From the IMG/VR virus record IMGVR_UViG_3300020043_006108, positions 1 through 50,286 of that record: a stretch of DNA of 50,286 nucleotides; one strand, written 5' to 3'. The stretch is from a virus. Lineage: Duplodnaviria; Caudoviricetes. This document shows positions 45,623 to 50,286 of the stretch, in pieces. The first letter of the stretch is position 1. The number at the start of each line of letters is the position of its first letter. The position numbers and the translations under genes were made by a program. The notes beneath the pieces were generated by a model. The model was not told where the DNA came from, made no database searches, and worked only from the letters and a program-made list of their open reading frames with translations.

Positions 45623-46428
45623 AAAGCGAAATCACAAAACAAGAAGCCGGGATAACCGCAGCGCAAATCGAAACGCTGGCGAAAGCATCCGTAATCCCGG
45701 CGGGGCTGCCCGCTGATGTTTTGCAGGTGTTTATGATAACCTGCAATCAACACGGTCTTTCGCCCTTTAAAAAAGAGATATACCTGATCCCATACAAAGG
45801 GAAATACAGCGCGGTTGTGGGCATCGACGGACTAAGGGCGAAGGCAGCAAGAACGGGAATGCTTGCCGGAAGAGACGACGCAAAATTCGACCTTATGCCG
45901 GACGGCACATTCAAAACAGCCGCACAACTGGCTGCTGTAAACAAAAAGCCTATTTCCTGTACTGTGGCCGTTTACCGCGCCGTTGGTGGAATGCGCTGCC
46001 CGTTCTCCAAAACCGTCCTTTTTTCCGAATACTGCCCGGCGAAGTCTGACGAATGGAGCAAGTGGAATACAATGCCGTTTAACCAAATCGAGAAATGCGC
46101 GGAAGCCGCCGCGCTTCGGATGGCGTTCGCAGATGAAACGGCGGGGTTGCATGTTGAGGAGGAAAGTGCAGCGATGCAAGACATTACCATACAAGCGGCC
46201 GCGCACAACCCGGCAGCAGCAGTAGACGAAAAGGCTTTAGAGGATCGAATTTCAAAGGTTTTCAACAAACACGTCCTTTGGGAAATCTACAATGAAAACC
46301 CGGCGCATAAAACCGACTTCGCCCACATATTCAGCAACCGGCAGGATGAAATAAAATCCATGATCGAAGGCGGGCAAATGACACTGGAAACATGGGAAGC
46401 GAAGCCCGAAAAAACCATTGCAATATGA
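45619..46428 (+). CDS. RecT/Bet-like single-strand annealing protein
   Basis: GLSPFKKEIYLIPY, VGIDGLR..A.RTG, W..MP..QIEKCAEAAALRMAF. Confidence 0.9.
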   Translation: MKSEITKQEAGITAAQIETLAKASVIPAGLPADVLQVFMITCNQHGLSPFKKEIYLIPYKGKYSAVVGIDGLRAKAARTGMLAGRDDAKFDLMPDGTFKTAAQLAAVNKKPISCTVAVYRAVGGMRCPFSKTVLFSEYCPAKSDEWSKWNTMPFNQIEKCAEAAALRMAFADETAGLHVEEESAAMQDITIQAAAHNPAAAVDEKALEDRISKVFNKHVLWEIYNENPAHKTDFAHIFSNRQDEIKSMIEGGQMTLETWEAKPEKTIAI

Positions 46429-47201
46429 ACGCAATAACACACCTTTCGTTCTCCCGTTTGGGCGAATTGGAACACAGCCCTTCGGCACTGAAAAAGTACA
46501 TGGAGGGTTCACGATCCGCAACCGCAGCAATGAACGAAGGCAGCCTTTTAGATTGCCTTTTATTCGAGCCGGAAAAACTGGAAAGCCGCTTTTTGATTAT
46601 CGACAAAGTGAGCAAAGCAACAAAAGAAGGCAAGGCGCTTTTTGCCGACGCACTCGAAAATGCCAACGGTCGCACGATAATGAACCGGGAGCAATACGAC
46701 GAACAAAAGTTTATCTGCACTTGCATCGAAGCCAACGCAACCGTTTTGCACCACGGACTTTTGAGGCGCGACGACACCGACGGTTTTAAATTTCAGGTGC
46801 CAGTAGACTTTTTTTACCACGGATTCAAGCACCGGGGCATCAAAGACGCAGATGGATACGACCGCAACGGAAACCGGGTAATTTGGGACTTAAAAAGAAT
46901 GGCGTCCCGATCCGGCGAAAGTCTTGTTCGGTCGCAGATTCGCATTATGGGCTACGATTTGCAGGCGGCTATTTACTGTTGGCCTTTGGATGAAAAAAAC
47001 GAGCCGGTTAAATATTACATTCTTGCAGTAGATAACGAGGGCTATGTAACACCATTTGAAGTCACACGCGATGCAAGAGAAAAGGCCCGGATACGATGGA
47101 ACAAATTAATTAAAGCCGCTCACCAGATCAATATGGAGCCACACTTATTGGATTCAGGTTGTGAGTTTTGGGCGGGTAGCGAAGGCTTTTTTAATTTTTA
47201 G
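46425..47201 (+). CDS. PD-(D/E)XK exonuclease (RecE/ExoVIII-like)
   Basis: LSFS.L, GS..DCLL.EPE, G..D...IWDLK, GYDLQAAIY; coupled to the RecT-like gene. Confidence 0.8.
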   Translation: MNAITHLSFSRLGELEHSPSALKKYMEGSRSATAAMNEGSLLDCLLFEPEKLESRFLIIDKVSKATKEGKALFADALENANGRTIMNREQYDEQKFICTCIEANATVLHHGLLRRDDTDGFKFQVPVDFFYHGFKHRGIKDADGYDRNGNRVIWDLKRMASRSGESLVRSQIRIMGYDLQAAIYCWPLDEKNEPVKYYILAVDNEGYVTPFEVTRDAREKARIRWNKLIKAAHQINMEPHLLDSGCEFWAGSEGFFNF

Positions 47202-47213
47202 CCCAATAAAGCA

Positions 47214-47498
47214 ATGAAAAAGCAATACCATAAAAACAAAGCCGCGAAAGTAGGCGACAGATGTATTTGCCCATCCTGCAATACTTTGTTCGTAAAGGTT
47301 TCTTATCAGCAGGCATTTTGTAAAATACAAGGCGGCACGGTCTGCAAGGACAAGTACTGGAATACCGTTACACCCGAAAAAAGAAACAACACAACACGAA
47401 TAAGCCCCGCAAACGCAGCATGGAAAAAGCAAATGGAGGATGAAGAAATATTCCATGATGACGATATGGGGTGGGATGCACACAAAAACAGTTTCTAA
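47214..47498 (+). CDS. Small zinc-finger-like protein
   Basis: CPSC...F.K..YQQAFC......CKD.YWN. Confidence 0.75.
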   Translation: MKKQYHKNKAAKVGDRCICPSCNTLFVKVSYQQAFCKIQGGTVCKDKYWNTVTPEKRNNTTRISPANAAWKKQMEDEEIFHDDDMGWDAHKNSF

Positions 47499-47500
47499 TT

Positions 47501-47575
47501 ATGAGCGCAGCGAAATTCGACTTGGAATCTGGGTGTGAGTTTTGGGCGGGTAGCGAAGGGTTTTTTAACTTTTAA
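47501..47575 (+). pseudogene. 24-codon chimera: NinB-like 5' end fused in frame to a second exonuclease 3' end
   Basis: MSAAKFDLESGCEFWAGSEGFFNF* versus MSAKFQIE (47946) and LDSGCEFWAGSEGFFNF* (47148-47201). Confidence 0.7.
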
Positions 47576-47586
47576 ACTGATTAGGA

Positions 47587-47949
47587 ATGACACTGCAAGA
47601 TTTGGCAATTAGCCACCCGTACTATTCGAGTGATAGTAACTACTATTCAAAAGATGCCGCACAAACGCATGAAACGTGGCAGGGGTTTTACGAAGGTGAA
47701 AAGAACTTGGATATCGACCTGAATCTTTGTTTTCGTTTCGATGTGAAGCATGATGAAGAGACAGGTCTTTATTGTGCGTACGTTTTCATTATTCAACAGC
47801 GAAAAGGAATTTACCGACCCGTCACAATTTCTTCAGTCACGGAAGAAGACGTTCCGACAATGATCGAATACCTGCAAAGGCATTACGATAAAATCAAGGA
47901 ACTTTGGCAGCCATTTTCATCGATAAATTCAAGTATGATTGGTTTATGA
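47587..47949 (+). CDS. Hypothetical phage protein
   Basis: HPYY....NYY, D.DLN..FR.D, QRKG and W.PF motifs. Confidence 0.75.
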   Translation: MTLQDLAISHPYYSSDSNYYSKDAAQTHETWQGFYEGEKNLDIDLNLCFRFDVKHDEETGLYCAYVFIIQQRKGIYRPVTISSVTEEDVPTMIEYLQRHYDKIKELWQPFSSINSSMIGL

Positions 47950-48446
47950 GCGCAAAATTCCAAATAGAAAAAATCTCCGGTCAATTCACCCAGCAAAGCC
48001 GCGCCATACTAAAAGAACAATTCTCCGCCCCGCCAGACGGAAAGCACGACGTATTGACCACACCGGCAAGGGGCTACAATCCGAAAAGGTATGCCTTCTA
48101 TTTTGACAGCGTCCTTTGGCAAATCCCGAATGAAGTCGGGCGCTTTTACCTGATTGTCAACCCGTCCACCGGAGAGCAGCGAACACCACGCGATACAACC
48201 GAACTGCACGAATGCATGAAGGCGATTTACAACCCCGTTACGCTGACGGTCGGAAACAAGACGCGGGTAATCGCCGGAACGACAACCGACCTAAACAACA
48301 AGGAGTTTATCGGAGAATTTTTAGAATCAATCATTTCCGATCATTCCGGGCCACCCTACAATATCGAGTTTATTGGCTACGAAGACTGGAAAGAACTTCA
48401 CCGGGCGAACGCCTGGATTAATTTTAAAAACACTTACAAAAAATGA
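47946..48446 (+). CDS. NinB/Orf-like recombination-associated protein
   Basis: FYF..VL..I, ELHE.MK, TT.L..KEF...LE.I; start at the ATGA overlap. Confidence 0.55.
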   Translation: MSAKFQIEKISGQFTQQSRAILKEQFSAPPDGKHDVLTTPARGYNPKRYAFYFDSVLWQIPNEVGRFYLIVNPSTGEQRTPRDTTELHECMKAIYNPVTLTVGNKTRVIAGTTTDLNNKEFIGEFLESIISDHSGPPYNIEFIGYEDWKELHRANAWINFKNTYKK

Positions 48447-48643
48447 AAGACGTTTTTGCATTGATCGAAGAAAACAAATTAACCGGCGAAGGCTTTGTAA
48501 GGGGCCAAACAACCGATGGGCAAAAAGGACTGGATTGGGCAAAAGAAAACGCCCAAAAGTCGGCAGCGTTTGTAAAGACCGGCACCGGCTTTGCAACAAA
48601 AGGAAGCGCATTCGATGTAATCAATAAAAGCGAATTGAAATGA
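48443..48643 (+). CDS. Hypothetical protein, allele of 95-295
   Basis: Near-colinear with 95-295. Confidence 0.8.
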   Translation: MKDVFALIEENKLTGEGFVRGQTTDGQKGLDWAKENAQKSAAFVKTGTGFATKGSAFDVINKSELK

Positions 48644-48861
48644 CAACCGAAAAAGCCAAACCCGGCCCAAAGCCCACAGGGAAAGCCAGAATTTCACGCG
48701 GCATCTCGTTTCGCGCGGATCATTTCGAGTGGCTGGATCAATACGAAGACCGGAGCGCAGTGGTGCAAAAGGCGCTAAGTATTCTCATTCCGCTCGAAGA
48801 AATGCAGGAATGGGAAGCAATCGAAGCAATTAAATCAAACTTTCAAAACCTGAAAAAATGA
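48640..48861 (+). CDS. Putative ribbon-helix-helix DNA-binding protein
   Basis: KPGPKPTGK then ISRGISF-RADHFEWL-RSAVVQKAL. Confidence 0.6.
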   Translation: MTTEKAKPGPKPTGKARISRGISFRADHFEWLDQYEDRSAVVQKALSILIPLEEMQEWEAIEAIKSNFQNLKK

Positions 48862-49118
48862 ACGGTAACGCAAAAGAGATACCGCTTTGGCGTGCAATGC
48901 CTGAACTGATCGAAGCGAAAATTTCCAAACTGGAACAGGGAAAGCACGACCTTTTGAAGCAGGTTGCAGCCAACCACAAGAGCGTAAACACGCCTGAACT
49001 TCTCCACGCCGCCAAATCCGCACTCGAAATCCTGTCAAAGACCGCAATTTTTCCGCAGGACATTGAAGCCGTGCGAAAGATGCTGGCGGAGGTTATAAAA
49101 AAATCTGAAACCGTTTAA
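48858..49118 (+). CDS. Hypothetical protein resembling the 518-739 N-terminus and the 1149-1625 C-terminus
   Basis: Alignment by eye. Confidence 0.7.
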   Translation: MNGNAKEIPLWRAMPELIEAKISKLEQGKHDLLKQVAANHKSVNTPELLHAAKSALEILSKTAIFPQDIEAVRKMLAEVIKKSETV

Positions 49119-49150
49119 AATAAACCCTTTCATTATTAAAAATAACGCAT

Positions 49151-49315
49151 TATCTTTGTCATGCCCAAAGGGGCCGCCGTCTGGTAAACGGTTGTAAAAG
49201 GAAGATTCAATTTTTAAGCAAATGCCCTTGATCGGGGCGGGTTTTCGAGATATTTCCTTTTCTCGATTTATTGGCATACCAACGCCGCCCCTCCGATCAA
49301 GGGCATTTTTATTTT
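49151..49315 (+). ncRNA. Promoter box TATCTTTG plus structured leader RNA, copy B
   Basis: Core identical to 989-1141; the inner hairpin is TCGAGA/TCTCGA instead. Confidence 0.7.
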
Positions 49316-49323
49316 CAGTCGGT

Positions 49324-49662
49324 ATGGCAAATAGTCAATATAAGGCAATGATTAAGGATATTAATCAAGAGCGTAAAGAGTTTTACCGCAATGGCAAATC
49401 CGCACTTTACACCGATTGCGGGATGACTTACACACGCTTTATCCCGGAGTTTCAAAAGTGGATAGCGTTCAGAAACCCTAAAAAACATTTCCATAAAGAA
49501 TTTCGGGATTACTGCGAATTTTACGGCGAACGAATAGACAAGCCCTCCGTGAGGGACTTTTGCGAGTTTCACTACTTTGATTTTTCAATGCCCGAAAACT
49601 CCTGCGAGTTTTGCCCGGATGGCGACGCGCTGACAAAATATTTTCAAGACGAAAGACTATAA
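49324..49662 (+). CDS. Hypothetical protein downstream of leader RNA B
   Basis: AGTCGGTATG start context identical to 1149. Confidence 0.65.
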   Translation: MANSQYKAMIKDINQERKEFYRNGKSALYTDCGMTYTRFIPEFQKWIAFRNPKKHFHKEFRDYCEFYGERIDKPSVRDFCEFHYFDFSMPENSCEFCPDGDALTKYFQDERL

Positions 49663-49667
49663 ATTTC

Positions 49668-50286
49668 ATGTCCGACCTTTCCTTTACCCACATCTATGAA
49701 GGCGCAAGAGCAGCGCTCAACCTTTCCCGCGACAAATACGCGCTTTGCAATTATATCCAAACTTGGAGTACATACCCTGGTCGATGTCCCGGATTTTGCG
49801 ATAGAACACAGGCGCAAATGGCCGAATTTATCGGCATCACAGACCGGGGCATCCGGAAGATGTTGCAAAGCCTGGAGGCGGAAGATTTGATAGAAAAACA
49901 CCCGACGAACGGCCTTTGCAGGATTACGAAAAAATGGTTTAATGCCGTTGCTTTCGAGAAAAAAAAGGAGGAACAAGGTTCCGCACAACCCGGAACAAAG
50001 TTCCTACCTATTAGGAACAAAGTTCCGCATCAACAGGAACAAAGTTCCGCACACAAAGAGAAGTTAAAAGAAGTTAAAGAAGAAAAGATATATATACAGC
50101 CGACGGAAGAAAAACAACAACCCCCTAAAAGCCCAAAAATCGAAACAGCCGACGAAGCCCGTACGGCAATCAACGCCTGGCTAAACGACGGCAACGAGGA
50201 AACGGTAAAACTTTGGTATTCAGAGTTGAAAATAAACTACAACCGGGGCGAATTTAAAACCGTGCTGATAAAGTTTTGCTCCAACT
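49668..50286 (+). CDS. Replication initiator variant B (runs off the window end; not in ORF track)
   Basis: MSDLSFTHIYEGAR...TQAQMAEFIGITDRGIRKMLQSLEAEDLIEK (winged HTH-like), then PPKSPKIETADEAR... identical to variant A. Confidence 0.85.
   Translation, partial: MSDLSFTHIYEGARAALNLSRDKYALCNYIQTWSTYPGRCPGFCDRTQAQMAEFIGITDRGIRKMLQSLEAEDLIEKHPTNGLCRITKKWFNAVAFEKKKEEQGSAQPGTKFLPIRNKVPHQQEQSSAHKEKLKEVKEEKIYIQPTEEKQQPPKSPKIETADEARTAINAWLNDGNEETVKLWYSELKINYNRGEFKTVLIKFCSN
49970..50048. repeat. Four iterons GGAACAA(A/G)GTTCC at a 22-bp period (putative origin B)
   Basis: Copies at 49970, 49992, 50014 and 50036; an A-rich tract follows. Confidence 0.8.

Noticed and set aside
47148-47575. Near-identical repeat at a gene 3' end as a DGR VR/TR pair
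   Set aside because: No reverse transcriptase is present; differences are mostly synonymous and not adenine-specific; the recombination scar explains the repeat.
49222-49323. ORF start MPLIGAGF... inside leader RNA B
   Set aside because: It lies within the conserved stem; the AGTCGGTATG context shared with copy A points to 49324. A leader peptide is not fully excluded.
49970-50048. Mini CRISPR array
   Set aside because: 13-bp repeats with 9-bp spacers inside rep and no cas genes; these fit iterons.
50166-50286. Biological direct terminal repeat or att site
   Set aside because: It matches an internal position inside a coding sequence, not the contig start, and is more consistent with an assembly overlap.
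1-50286. Alternative genetic code or stop-codon readthrough
   Set aside because: Core genes are full length in the standard code and coding density is high.

Overview
This is essentially the whole genome of a tailed dsDNA phage, probably siphovirus-like, infecting a Bacteroidota host. The host call rests on TAnnTTTG promoter boxes, A-rich leaders without Shine-Dalgarno sites, and 'Q-rule' signal peptides. The last 121 nt (50166-50286) are identical to 2170-2290, so the circular unit is about 48.0 kb (2170-50165). Positions 1-~2130 are a divergent second version of the early/replication module at 48420-50125. Modules: replication (initiator with internal iterons, DnaB, SNF2-MTase fusion, RuvC-like resolvase), recombination (RecT/Bet-like, PD-(D/E)XK exonuclease, NinB-like), packaging/head (TerS, TerL, portal, minor head, scaffold, capsid), a scrambled tail module, lysis candidates, a GH-A hydrolase, an HNH-AP2 endonuclease and an Acb2/Tad1-like protein. 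I found no integrase, repressor, tRNA, CRISPR array or reverse transcriptase. Most notable observations: (1) four promoter-proximal RNA leaders share one architecture, in which the loop of a small 5' hairpin is complementary to a loop inside a downstream terminator-like stem, with three different loop codes, suggesting an RNA-only attenuation/immunity system; (2) several fibre- and capsid-region proteins carry Sec signal peptides; (3) two alternative alleles of a variable slot are stacked in tandem at two loci; (4) the initiator DNA-binding domain and its iterons are swapped together onto a shared C-terminus. All product calls come from motif recognition by eye, not from database searches.
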